Shown one piece after another: positions 1-7,640 of a stretch of DNA of 34,095 nucleotides. The notes under the pieces were generated by a model. The model saw only the letters and a list, made by a program, of their open reading frames with translations. It made no database searches and was not told where the DNA came from. The first letter of the stretch is position 1. The number at the start of each line of letters is the position of its first letter. This DNA is from a virus (taxonomy: Duplodnaviria; Caudoviricetes), in the IMG/VR virus record IMGVR_UViG_3300012041_000046, positions 1-34,095 of that record; one strand, written 5' to 3'. Made by a program: the position numbers and the translations under genes.

Positions 1-2
1 AA

Positions 3-113
3 TGCCAGGCCCGCTGCACGTGCCGCTGGACCGGCCCACCCCGAGCCACCGGCGAGGCCGCCGACCGCGACGCCATGCGCCACGCGATAGACCCAGGCGA
101 ATGGCACAGCTGA
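3..113 (+). CDS. 5'-truncated small protein with CxC-xW-xG...H putative Zn motif
   Basis: Frame 3 reads CQARCTCRWTGPPRATGEAADRDAMRHAIDPGEWHS*, a motif common in small phage proteins. It overlaps the ATG at 101 and is absent from the ORF track. Confidence 0.5.
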   Translation, partial: CQARCTCRWTGPPRATGEAADRDAMRHAIDPGEWHS

Positions 114-391
114 CCGACCGCCACAGCGAGCTGCGCCGCCGCGCGTGGCGCAGCTGGGAAGGCGCCCGCACCCCCCTGCGCATCCCCGCAGAAAACGCCG
201 CCTGCTGGGCCGCAGTCGCCGCCGGCGCCGGCAGCGTCAGACAAGTAGCCGCCGCGCTCGGCAGCCGCGACCTGCAGGGCACCTGGAAGCTGATACGCCG
301 CACCGCCGAGCTGGGCCTGATCACCTCCCACCCCCGAACCGCCGGCACCATCAGAACCGCCGTGCACGTCACCGCCCACAGCCCCCGGTAG
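101..391 (+). CDS. Putative winged-HTH DNA-binding protein (LexA N-terminal-like)
   Basis: SVRQVAAALG-x-RDLQGTWKLIRRTAELGLIT pattern. ATG 101 preferred over ATG 2. Confidence 0.45.
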   Translation: MAQLTDRHSELRRRAWRSWEGARTPLRIPAENAACWAAVAAGAGSVRQVAAALGSRDLQGTWKLIRRTAELGLITSHPRTAGTIRTAVHVTAHSPR

Positions 392-394
392 GCG

Positions 395-400
395 TACCAT
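395..400 (+). promoter_or_regulatory. -10 element TACCAT of a probable leaderless transcript
   Basis: TAnnnT 6 nt upstream of ATG 407, with no Shine-Dalgarno (SD) sequence. Confidence 0.55.
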
Positions 401-406
401 CCCCCC

Positions 407-1036
407 ATGGCCGCCAAACGACCCGAGGCCGGCCGCCCACCCCGGCTGACCGAAATCGTCAGATACGACGAACAGGTGGACGACGACGGCGGCCCCATCA
501 TCGTGCCAGTGACCCTGGCCGAACAGGTCGTGGAACGAATCCGCACCGGGCTAGACCTGAACGACGCCGCCGCCAGTTCGAACATCACCCGCCAAACGAT
601 TTGGAACTGGCGCCGCAAAGGCGCGCTAGCCCGAGCACGCCGAGCGCAGGGCAAGGCCGCACGCCTCCCCGACGCCGACGCGTACGTGCAATTCGTTGAC
701 GCCTTAGAAAGGGCCGAGGCCGAGGCCGAGCTGACCCGCCTGCAGGTGATCGAAGGCGCCGCCATGGGCGGGTTCAAAACGACCCGCACGGTGATCACCT
801 ACGGCCCCGACGGCAGCGTGGTCGGCCGGGTGGTGACCGAGGAAACGGTGCTGCCGAACTGGCTGCCCGCCGCCTGGTGGCTGGAACGCCGCCGGCCCGC
901 CAAATACGTGCGCCCGAGCGCAGCTACGCCGTCGCCGCAGTACGTGCCCGACGACGGCCTGGACGACGAACGGGCCGAGGGGCTGCTGGCCGAAATTGAA
1001 TCGTTCCTGGCCGACGCGACGCCGAGCGCAGACTGA
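407..1036 (+). CDS. Terminase small subunit-like HTH protein
   Basis: HTH (AAASSNITRQTIWNWRRKG), FVDALERAEAEAE and W-x-AAWWLERR-x-P motifs typical of this phage family; lies shortly upstream of terL. Confidence 0.6.
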   Translation: MAAKRPEAGRPPRLTEIVRYDEQVDDDGGPIIVPVTLAEQVVERIRTGLDLNDAAASSNITRQTIWNWRRKGALARARRAQGKAARLPDADAYVQFVDALERAEAEAELTRLQVIEGAAMGGFKTTRTVITYGPDGSVVGRVVTEETVLPNWLPAAWWLERRRPAKYVRPSAATPSPQYVPDDGLDDERAEGLLAEIESFLADATPSAD

Positions 1037-1260
1037 TGCCGACCGACCCGCCCCGTTTCGAGCAGCACAGCGGGCACGCCCCGTCGGTGCGCCGCGTGAC
1101 CGATTACGGCTGGCTGACCGACCAGGTGCACCTGCTGCTGGAAGCGCACGTACATGACCTGGACGACCCGACCGCCGAGGGGCGTGACGCCATCAGGGCG
1201 GCTGTCGCTGCCGGCGCCGACCGTTTCCTGGGCGACGACGCCCTGACCGAGGGGGACTGA
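1036..1260 (+). CDS. Hypothetical protein
   Basis: TGATG-coupled at both ends, with typical codon usage. Confidence 0.6.
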   Translation: MPTDPPRFEQHSGHAPSVRRVTDYGWLTDQVHLLLEAHVHDLDDPTAEGRDAIRAAVAAGADRFLGDDALTEGD

Positions 1261-1436
1261 TGACCGCTGCACAGGCAATCGTGACCGGGATAGTGCTGCT
1301 GCTGCTCGCGCTGCTCGCCGGCGTGGTGTGGGATGACCCGCAGCCCGAGCTGCGCACCGAGGTGTTCATGGGCGCCACGGCCACCTCGGGGCTGTCGTTC
1401 CTGACCGCCGGCCTGGCGAAACTGCTGGTGCGCTGA
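1260..1436 (+). CDS. Small two-TM membrane protein (58 aa)
   Basis: MTAAQAIVTGIVLLLLALLAGVVWDDPQPELRTEVFMGATATSGLSFLTAGLAKLLVR*. TGATG-coupled at both ends; absent from the ORF track. Confidence 0.65.
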   Translation: MTAAQAIVTGIVLLLLALLAGVVWDDPQPELRTEVFMGATATSGLSFLTAGLAKLLVR

Positions 1437-1552
1437 TGCGGCTGCTGGCCGCCGGCCTGTTCGCGGCAGCGGCGTTCGCCTATACGTGGCTGTGGGTGCA
1501 CCTGCGGAACCGGGAGCTGGGCCGCACCGACCGACGCCACCCAGCTCGCTGA
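1436..1552 (+). CDS. Small single-TM protein (38 aa)
   Basis: MRLLAAGLFAAAAFAYTWLWVHLRNRELGRTDRRHPAR*. TGATG-coupled and ends 3 nt before the terL ATG. Confidence 0.55.
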   Translation: MRLLAAGLFAAAAFAYTWLWVHLRNRELGRTDRRHPAR

Positions 1553-1555
1553 CCG

Positions 1556-3313
1556 ATGCCCGAGCGGGCGCGGGACCCCGCCGAGCAGCGGCAGGCGCAG
1601 CGTGCCCTGATCGTCGCGCTGCGCCGCATGGAACCCGCGCAACGCCAGCAGTTCGTGGCGGCGCTGCCCCGCGAGGACCGGCAGCTGGTGGAACGGGCGA
1701 TGGCGCACCTGCAGGCCGCCGGCTGGCGTGCGCACCCGCTCGCGATGGCGGTGCACCTGGAACCCGAACGGTGGCAGCCGTTCCGCTACGCCACGGTGCT
1801 GTCAAAGGCGCTGGCGGGGGCGTTCACCGGCGCCGCTGACCCCCGGCAAATCTGGAATATCCCCAGCCAGTATGGGAAAACGTCGCTGATCGGGCTGTGG
1901 GGCGTGGTGTGGGCGCTGGATTACGACCCGACCCTGCGCCTGATGTTCGTGACCTATGACGACAATAAGGCGAAAGGCGTGGCCGGCGACTGCCGCGACC
2001 TGGTGGATAAACACCGGGACCAGCTGCGCTTTCGGCTGCGCCCCGACCGGCGAGCCCGAGGCGAATGGCGCACCGATCAGGGCGGCGGCCTGTACGGCGT
2101 CGGGGTAAACGGCGCGATCACCGGCTACCCGGCCGACGCGATCCTGGCTGACGACCTGATGAAAGGCTGGGAGGAAGCGCACAGCGAAACCCAGCGCGAG
2201 CACACCTGGGCGATTTGGCGCACCCAGGTGCGGCTGCGCGTCCAGTCGGGCGCTGACCCGATCATCGTGGCCGGCACCCGCTGGCACGACGACGACCCGA
2301 CCGGGAAGCTGCTGCGCGCCGCCGACGCCGACCCGACCGCCGACCAGTGGCAGCACCTGCGCATGCCGGCGATAGCCGAACCGCACGACCCGACGAACGC
2401 CGACCCGTCGCTGCGAGCCCCCGACCCGCTGGACCGCGAGCTGGGCGAGGTGCTGGAACCGTTGCGGTTCGACGCCCCCGAGGTGCACGCCCGCGCGGTC
2501 GGCATGGGTTCGTATCTGGCAGCGGCGCTGGAACAGCAGCGGCCCGCCCCGGAGGAAGGGAACATAGTCAAGCGGGCGTGGTTCCGGCTGGAATCGCAGC
2601 TGCCCGCCTCGGCTGACCAGTGGCTGTCCAGCTGGGATATGAAGCTGAAAGACACCGAGCAGGGCGATTTCGTGGTGGGCCAGGTGTGGGCGCGCGTGGG
2701 GGCCGAGCTGTGGCTGTGCGATCAGCTGCGGGGCCAATGGGGCGAGGAAATGACGGCGGTGGCGATGGCGCTGCTGCAGGTGCGCTGGCCGCAGGTGCGA
2801 GCGCACCACGTGGAATTCACCGGGAACGCCCCCGAGGTTATGAAAGCCCTGCGCTACCCCATCAGCGACTGGGAACTGGACCCCGAGCTGGGCGACCGCC
2901 TCGCGATGACCCCCGCCGAGCGGGACGCGGTGACCGAGCTGCGCCGGCGTGGACTGCCGGGCCTGCTGCGATCCACCCCCGAGGGTTCAAAGGCGGTGCG
3001 CATGCGCGCCCAGGTCCCCTACCTGGAAGCGGGGAACGTGCACGTGCTCGCGACCGCCAGCTGGCTGGACGGGTATCTGGCCGAAATGGCGATGTTCCCG
3101 AACGGCCGCTATGACGACCAGGTGGACGCCACCAGCCAGGCAATCGGGAAGCTAGTCAGCGGCCCCGCGACCGCGACCGGCCCGCCGCAGGGGGCGCTGC
3201 CGGTGGCCCGCCAGTCGGCTGGGGGACCAGCTGCGGGACGGTTAGGCCGGGCGGGGCTGTCATCCTCGCCGCTGCTGCCGCGACGCGGGGGGCCAGGTAT
3301 TCGACCACGGTAG
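1556..3313 (+). CDS. terL: Terminase large subunit
   Basis: Walker A-like NIPSQYGKT, GAITGYPADAILADD (Walker B), GTRWHDDD, and nuclease motifs SWD...DFVVGQVW and FPNGRYDDQVDATSQA. Confidence 0.95.
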   Translation: MPERARDPAEQRQAQRALIVALRRMEPAQRQQFVAALPREDRQLVERAMAHLQAAGWRAHPLAMAVHLEPERWQPFRYATVLSKALAGAFTGAADPRQIWNIPSQYGKTSLIGLWGVVWALDYDPTLRLMFVTYDDNKAKGVAGDCRDLVDKHRDQLRFRLRPDRRARGEWRTDQGGGLYGVGVNGAITGYPADAILADDLMKGWEEAHSETQREHTWAIWRTQVRLRVQSGADPIIVAGTRWHDDDPTGKLLRAADADPTADQWQHLRMPAIAEPHDPTNADPSLRAPDPLDRELGEVLEPLRFDAPEVHARAVGMGSYLAAALEQQRPAPEEGNIVKRAWFRLESQLPASADQWLSSWDMKLKDTEQGDFVVGQVWARVGAELWLCDQLRGQWGEEMTAVAMALLQVRWPQVRAHHVEFTGNAPEVMKALRYPISDWELDPELGDRLAMTPAERDAVTELRRRGLPGLLRSTPEGSKAVRMRAQVPYLEAGNVHVLATASWLDGYLAEMAMFPNGRYDDQVDATSQAIGKLVSGPATATGPPQGALPVARQSAGGPAAGRLGRAGLSSSPLLPRRGGPGIRPR

Positions 3314-3509
3314 GCGCCGGGACCATGAACGTGAGCCGGCCGAACGTGGTGTGGAACGTGAACGCCAGCATGGACTGCTCGCCGCCGGCGCCGGTGACGG
3401 TGACCACCTCGGCGTCAATGGACAGCGCCGACAGCGCGCCGACGGGCAGCGCCTGCTGCGGCTGCCGGTAGCCGCCTGGCCCCTGCAGCTGCGAAAGGTC
3501 TACGGGCAC
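3156..3509 (-). CDS. Hypothetical protein overlapping the terL 3' end convergently
   Basis: Last gene of a minus-strand run; GTG lies 4 nt after the upstream stop. Protein-like sequence (MLAFTFHTTFGRLTFMVP). Confidence 0.55.
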   Translation of the reverse strand: MPVDLSQLQGPGGYRQPQQALPVGALSALSIDAEVVTVTGAGGEQSMLAFTFHTTFGRLTFMVPAPTVVEYLAPRVAAAAARMTAPPGLTVPQLVPQPTGGPPAAPPAAGRSRSRGR

Positions 3510-3513
3510 GCGG

Positions 3514-3696
3514 TTACCAGTCCATTCCTGCGAGCTGGGCGAGCGCGCGGGCGGCGAGGACGACGACGGCCGCCGAAAGGATCAGCAGGGCGGCGAGGAT
3601 CAGCAGCTGCACCGGGAGGGGCCACCGGTCGGCGCCTGACCATTCGGGGTGTTCGCCGGGCCGGTCGGGACGCCTGACGATTCGCACGCCGGTCAC
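3514..3696 (-). CDS. Small membrane protein
   Basis: GTGA coupling with the upstream gene at 3693-3696; hydrophobic segment LLILAALLILSAAVVVLAA. Confidence 0.55.
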   Translation of the reverse strand: MTGVRIVRRPDRPGEHPEWSGADRWPLPVQLLILAALLILSAAVVVLAARALAQLAGMDW

Positions 3697-3962
3697 CCGC
3701 CGCCGCCGCACCCGCCGCACCCGCCGCCTTTACGGGTGACGGTGAATGACCCCGACTGGACCCTGACCCGCCAGGTGCTGCGCCCCGATTTCTGGCAGGC
3801 CACCACGGTGTCGTCGGTGTGCACGGTGCCCGAGCTGTCCCCGATTTCTATTCGGTTCCGCCTGACCAGCACCTGCACGTCGGCCCAGCTGGCGCCGGGC
3901 CGGCCGTCGGCGTGGACAAACTGAACGTCAGCCTGCGCGAGCAGCGGTGTCTGTGCGGCCAT
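3693..3962 (-). CDS. Hypothetical beta-rich protein with C-terminal GGGCGGCGGGG
   Basis: Leaderless start (TAGGGT-N6-ATG) and coupled to the next gene. Confidence 0.65.
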   Translation of the reverse strand: MAAQTPLLAQADVQFVHADGRPGASWADVQVLVRRNRIEIGDSSGTVHTDDTVVACQKSGRSTWRVRVQSGSFTVTRKGGGCGGCGGGG

Positions 3963-3971
3963 GCGCCGACC

Positions 3972-4121
3972 CTACGCCGGTTCGGGCGGCCGGGTGGTGA
4001 TCAGCAGGCCATGCTCGGGGCATATGAACGCCCAGCTGGGCGGGTCGCCGGCGCGGCGCACCCAGGGGACCACGCGGCTGCAGAACAGGCAGGGGGCCAG
4101 GCAGTCGCGGGGCGCCGGCAC
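3972..4121 (-). CDS. Small putative Zn-finger protein (CxxC...CxxH)
   Basis: VPAPRDCLAPCLFCSRVVPW...FICPEHG; CAGAAT-N6-GTG upstream. Confidence 0.5.
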   Translation of the reverse strand: MPAPRDCLAPCLFCSRVVPWVRRAGDPPSWAFICPEHGLLITTRPPEPA

Positions 4122-4138
4122 CCCGCCATTCTGCGGCG

Positions 4139-4172
4139 ATGGTCCACAGTCAATGGACCATGGACCATGGAC
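4139..4172. repeat. ATGGACC tandem repeat (x3) plus inverted copy
   Basis: ATGGACC at 4153 and 4160, ATGGAC at 4167. ATGGTCCA (4139-4146) is the exact reverse complement of TGGACCAT (4154-4161 and 4161-4168). Confidence 0.8.
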
Positions 4173-4597
4173 TAAGCCACGGCGATCAGCCGGTGGGCGT
4201 GCTGCCAGCACCAGGCCAGGTCAATGACCCAGCAGCCCCCGCCGGGGACCTGGTGCAGGCCGACGTGGTGCAGTTCGGCCATCACCTGCGGGGCGCGCTG
4301 CAGCCGGCCGGCGGTGCGCTCGCCGGGCTGCACGACCAGCAGCCCCTGCCAGGGGCCGGCCAGTTCGCTGATCCAGTCGGCCAGCTCGCAGCAGCTGTCG
4401 CTGGTGGCGCCGAGGTGGTGCAACGCGCGCCACAGGGCGGCGACGGCGACGTGGCGGGGCGCCCATAGGCGGCGAGAGCCTGACCCCGACCCGGTGGGCA
4501 CGTCGGGGAACAGTCCCGCGCGGTGCCAGTAGTCCAGCTGTCTGAACGTGACACCAGCGCGCTCGCACACCTGGACGGTGGACAAAGGGCTGGTCAT
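4172..4597 (-). CDS. MerR-family HTH transcriptional regulator (actinobacterial Rv1830-like N-terminus)
   Basis: VCERAGVTFRQLDYWHRAGL...GSGSRRLW matches the actinobacterial MerR signature (GITYRQLDYW...GSGSQRLY). Leaderless TAGGGT-N6-ATG. Confidence 0.8.
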   Translation of the reverse strand: MTSPLSTVQVCERAGVTFRQLDYWHRAGLFPDVPTGSGSGSRRLWAPRHVAVAALWRALHHLGATSDSCCELADWISELAGPWQGLLVVQPGERTAGRLQRAPQVMAELHHVGLHQVPGGGCWVIDLAWCWQHAHRLIAVA

Positions 4598-4677
4598 AGC
4601 ATCACCCTACCCCCGGTAGGTCGTTCGGCCTATGATGGTCGAATCCTGTTTACCCCGAGCATGGAAAGGTTCACCTG
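4598..4677. promoter_or_regulatory. Divergent promoter region with inverted repeat
   Basis: Minus-strand -10 TAGGGT (4604-4609), plus-strand -10 TATGAT (4631-4636), inverted repeat CCTACC-N3-GGTAGG (4606-4620), and SD GAAAGG before ATG 4678. Confidence 0.55.
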
Positions 4678-4752
4678 ATGGAAACCGCGATGGCCGCCGC
4701 CGGCCTGCTCGCCGCGTGGGCGGCGTACAGCTACTGGAAGGCGGGCCGATGA
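4678..4752 (+). CDS. 24-aa hydrophobic peptide
   Basis: METAMAAAGLLAAWAAYSYWKAGR*. Good SD and an ATGA overlap with the next gene. Confidence 0.5.
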   Translation: METAMAAAGLLAAWAAYSYWKAGR

Positions 4753-5345
4753 CCCGCACCGTGGCGATAGCCGGCTACCCCGGCGGCCCGTTCGAACTGG
4801 AAGCGCACGAACCGCTGGCCGTGGTGGCCGACCGCCTCGGCACCGGTGTCATTGCCACGCTGTCGCCTGACCGCCTCGGGCTGCCCGAGCTGGGCGTGGA
4901 CGCCGACTGGCTGGCCGACCTGCCCTACGCCGACCTGGGCGACCTGGTGGTGGACCTGCCGGGAGGCGGGCGGCTGATCGTGCCCGCCGAGCTGCGCCGC
5001 CACGTGGAAATCGTGCAGGTGCGCCCCGAGCCCGAGCACCGGTGCACGGCGACCCTGGACGGGCAGCGGTGCGCGCTGCGGGCCGGCCATGACAGCCCGC
5101 ACGCCGCCCACCCGATGCTGGACGACGACGGCGAACCGGTGGACCTGCCGCCGCGCCCTGGGAGTCACGTGGTGAGGGACAGCTACGGCGAACTGGTCGT
5201 GACCACCGACCCGCCCCCGGTTTCGGAACTGCCGCGGCGCTGCCCGGCGCTGACCATCACCCCGGCCGGCCCTGTTCGCTGCACCCGCCCGTCGGGCCAC
5301 AGCGGCAGCCACGGCCACGCCGACGTGGTGGGATTCACGTGGTGA
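4749..5345 (+). CDS. Hypothetical protein with two C...C...GH..xH putative Zn motifs
   Basis: RCTATLDGQRCALRAGHDSPH and RCPALTITPAGPVRCTRPSGHSGSH; start 4749 chosen by ATGA coupling. Confidence 0.65.
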   Translation: MTRTVAIAGYPGGPFELEAHEPLAVVADRLGTGVIATLSPDRLGLPELGVDADWLADLPYADLGDLVVDLPGGGRLIVPAELRRHVEIVQVRPEPEHRCTATLDGQRCALRAGHDSPHAAHPMLDDDGEPVDLPPRPGSHVVRDSYGELVVTTDPPPVSELPRRCPALTITPAGPVRCTRPSGHSGSHGHADVVGFTW

Positions 5346-5353
5346 GGGACAGC
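5159..5353 (+). repeat. 25-bp direct repeat pair, 170 bp apart
   Basis: TGGGA(G/T)TCACGTGGTGAGGGACAGC at 5159-5183 and 5329-5353, one mismatch. Confidence 0.85.
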
Positions 5354-5686
5354 GACGTGATGGGCGCCGGCGTGCACCAGCGGTGGTGGGTGACCAGCGA
5401 CGACGGCACGGTGGCCGCGGTCACCTACTGGATCGTGCACCCGCCCGAGCTGACCGGCATAGACCTGCCGCCGGCCACCTGGTCGGGGCTGGGCATTCAC
5501 CGCCTCGCCGCCGACACCGACCCCGAGGCGTACAGCTGCCCGTACCTGGGCGACCGGCCGTGCCGCAGCGAACTGGCGGGGACGATGGGCCAGGCGCACC
5601 TCGGCGCGCAGCTGTTCGCCGGCGGCCCCGAGGCGATTTGGTCGTGGCTGGAACGCCAGCTGCAGGCGCTGGGGGTGACCCAGTGA
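5339..5686 (+). CDS. Hypothetical protein
   Basis: Overlaps the upstream stop and is GTGA-coupled downstream; contains CPYLGDRPC. Confidence 0.6.
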   Translation: MVRDSDVMGAGVHQRWWVTSDDGTVAAVTYWIVHPPELTGIDLPPATWSGLGIHRLAADTDPEAYSCPYLGDRPCRSELAGTMGQAHLGAQLFAGGPEAIWSWLERQLQALGVTQ

Positions 5687-6333
5687 CCGGCCCGGTGGGC
5701 GAATGGCGGCTGGTGTTCGTGGACTGCGAAACGACGGGGCTGGACCCCGAGCTGCACGACATATGGGAAGTCTCGGCGTGGGAGGCGTGGCCCGAGGCCG
5801 GCGGGGGGTATTCGCTGGACGCCTACGGGCCGCGCACCTGGCAGCTGCCCGTCCCCGAGGCGAAAGCGGCGCAGGCCGATCCCCGCGCGCTAGATATCGG
5901 CGGCTACTGGCAGCGCCGCTGGCGGCCGTCAGACAGCCCGGCGAGCGGTTCCCCGTCGGCGCTGCTGCCCGAGCTGGGATACCTGGACGGTTACGACGGC
6001 CAGGTAGTGCACCCGGCCCGAATGCGGGCGTGGTGCGAGGTGTTCACCCGGCTGACGTGGGGCGCCCTGCTGGTCGGGGTGGTGGTGTCGTTCGACGCTG
6101 ACCGCCTCGGGCGGCTGCTGCGCTCGCATGGCATCCCGCCCGGCTGGCACTATCACCTGCTGGACGTGGAAACGTTCGCCGCCGGCCGGCTGCAACAGCG
6201 GCCACCGTGGCGGTCACGTGAGCTGTCCGAACGGTTCGGGGTGGACCCGGCCGGCTACGCCGAGCACACCGCCTCGGGCGACGTGCGCTGGTCGGCTGAC
6301 CTGTTCATGGCTGTGCTGGGGCTGGACAGCTGA
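5683..6333 (+). CDS. DEDDh 3'-5' exonuclease (DnaQ-like)
   Basis: ExoI FVDCETTGLD, ExoII SFD, LLDVET and ExoIII HTASGD; GTG 5683 coupled to the upstream stop. Confidence 0.88.
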   Translation: MTGPVGEWRLVFVDCETTGLDPELHDIWEVSAWEAWPEAGGGYSLDAYGPRTWQLPVPEAKAAQADPRALDIGGYWQRRWRPSDSPASGSPSALLPELGYLDGYDGQVVHPARMRAWCEVFTRLTWGALLVGVVVSFDADRLGRLLRSHGIPPGWHYHLLDVETFAAGRLQQRPPWRSRELSERFGVDPAGYAEHTASGDVRWSADLFMAVLGLDS

Positions 6334-6572
6334 TGGACGCCTACCCCGAGGCGCCGCTGACGTACTGGCGGCTGCGGGTCCCGCTGCTGCAGGTCGCCCT
6401 GTGGATGCTGACGTGCGCGCTGGTCGCGCTGCTGATCGTGACGGCGTGGCGGCTGCGGTTCCCGCCGAATCCCGAGCAGCTGCGCCGGTATCAGGGTGTG
6501 GAATGGGGGGGCGACACCTGTTACGTGGACGACGACGGCGTGCTGTTCTGCGAGGGAGGGGGGCCGCAATGA
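6333..6572 (+). CDS. Membrane protein
   Basis: One TM segment (LLQVALWMLTCALVALLIVTAW); coupled at both ends. Confidence 0.6.
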   Translation: MDAYPEAPLTYWRLRVPLLQVALWMLTCALVALLIVTAWRLRFPPNPEQLRRYQGVEWGGDTCYVDDDGVLFCEGGGPQ

Positions 6573-6784
6573 ACACCGAGCTGGTGGTGACCATGCTGGG
6601 GGTGTGCCCCGGCTGCCAGCGCGCGGCGATGCGGCAGGGCGCCCCGATTCCCTGGTGCACCTGGACGCTGGGCGACCCCGACGGCTACTGGCGCATGCGC
6701 TGCGAACGCCACGGCCTGCACCAGACCCGCATGGACTATCCGCCGGGCGCCGAGCTGTTCGCGCCCGCCGGCGAGGGTGTCTGA
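6569..6784 (+). CDS. Small putative Zn-ribbon protein (CPGC...CERH)
   Basis: ATGA and TGATG coupling; CxxC/CxxH pairs. Confidence 0.6.
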   Translation: MNTELVVTMLGVCPGCQRAAMRQGAPIPWCTWTLGDPDGYWRMRCERHGLHQTRMDYPPGAELFAPAGEGV

Positions 6785-7077
6785 TGCTGCTGCTGGTCCG
6801 CGGCGAGCGGCTGCCGACCCTGCACCTGGTCACCAGCTGGGGCAGCACGCTGTGCAATCGTGACTGCTGGTGGCAGGACGGCGAGCTGATGCTGGGCCGT
6901 AAGGCGGAATGGCACAGCCGGCAGGAACGGAACGTGGCGCACTACGTAGGCCCGACCGAGGGGCACGTGGACGGCCTGAAAGTGTGCGAGCGGTGCCTGG
7001 CCCGCTGGCGGTGGGAGGCGGCCGAGCTGGACGGCATGCTGCAGGCGACCGGGCAGCTGTACGGGGTGCCCGGCTGA
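6784..7077 (+). CDS. Hypothetical protein with H...LC...CxxC motif
   Basis: MLLLVRGERLPTLHLV...TLCNR...VCERCL; TGATG-coupled. Confidence 0.6.
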   Translation: MLLLVRGERLPTLHLVTSWGSTLCNRDCWWQDGELMLGRKAEWHSRQERNVAHYVGPTEGHVDGLKVCERCLARWRWEAAELDGMLQATGQLYGVPG

Positions 7078-7289
7078 TGGCGCTGCGAGCCCGCGACGTG
7101 GGCCTGGGCGAGGCGGTGGCCCGCTGCCCGCTGTGCGGGCTGCTGTTCCAGGTGTCGGTGCGCAGCGAGATTCTGCAGCCCGCCGACCCGCCGGTAGGGC
7201 AGGCGTGCCGGGTGATCCTGACGCCGACGCCGGCGGTGCACGTATGCCTGGAAACCCGTTTCCTGCCGATCCCGCAGGGCGCCGGCTGA
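7077..7289 (+). CDS. Small putative Zn-binding protein (CPLC...HxC)
   Basis: TGATG-coupled at both ends. Confidence 0.6.
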   Translation: MALRARDVGLGEAVARCPLCGLLFQVSVRSEILQPADPPVGQACRVILTPTPAVHVCLETRFLPIPQGAG

Positions 7290-7573
7290 TGGGCTGGGGC
7301 GAACCGCAGGGCGAGCCCGACGCCGGCCGACTGGACGCCGACGCCATCGCGGCCCGCCGCGCCGAGCCGGGCCGGTTCACCCGCGACACGGCGCTGCGGT
7401 GGCCGTGCGACTGCGGGCACCTCGCCGGCCATCACCTGCCGGCGCCGTTCATGCCGTGCGGCCGCTGCGACTGCGCCGGCGTGCAGCTGGGCCTGGTGGA
7501 CCTAAGCGGGCACGCGGTCCCTGACATTGGCGGCGGCCCGCCGGTAGCGTCGCGGGATGCGAAACGACCGTGA
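7289..7573 (+). CDS. Small Cys/His-rich protein (CxCGH...H...CxxCxC)
   Basis: CDCGHLAGHH...PCGRCDC; TGATG-coupled. Confidence 0.6.
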   Translation: MGWGEPQGEPDAGRLDADAIAARRAEPGRFTRDTALRWPCDCGHLAGHHLPAPFMPCGRCDCAGVQLGLVDLSGHAVPDIGGGPPVASRDAKRP

Positions 7574-7640
7574 CCCCGTTGTCATCGCGCCCGCGCACCA
7601 GCAGCCCTGGCAGGGACCCTGCCGAACGGGGGGCCATTGA
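7557..7640 (+). CDS. Putative leaderless 27-aa leader ORF coupled to the transglycosylase
   Basis: TAGCGT-N6-ATG; MRNDRDPVVIAPAHQQPWQGPCRTGGH*. Its stop overlaps the TTG at 7637 (TTGA). Confidence 0.35.
   Translation: MRNDRDPVVIAPAHQQPWQGPCRTGGH

Noticed and set aside
2-100. N-terminal extension of ORF 2..391
   Set aside because: Arg/Pro-rich with no motif; frame 3 carries a more plausible truncated gene, and ATG 101 is a better start.
1260-1552. Holin call for the small membrane genes before terL (also 8638-8841)
   Set aside because: TM segments alone are not diagnostic, and no canonical endolysin cassette is evident; left as membrane proteins.
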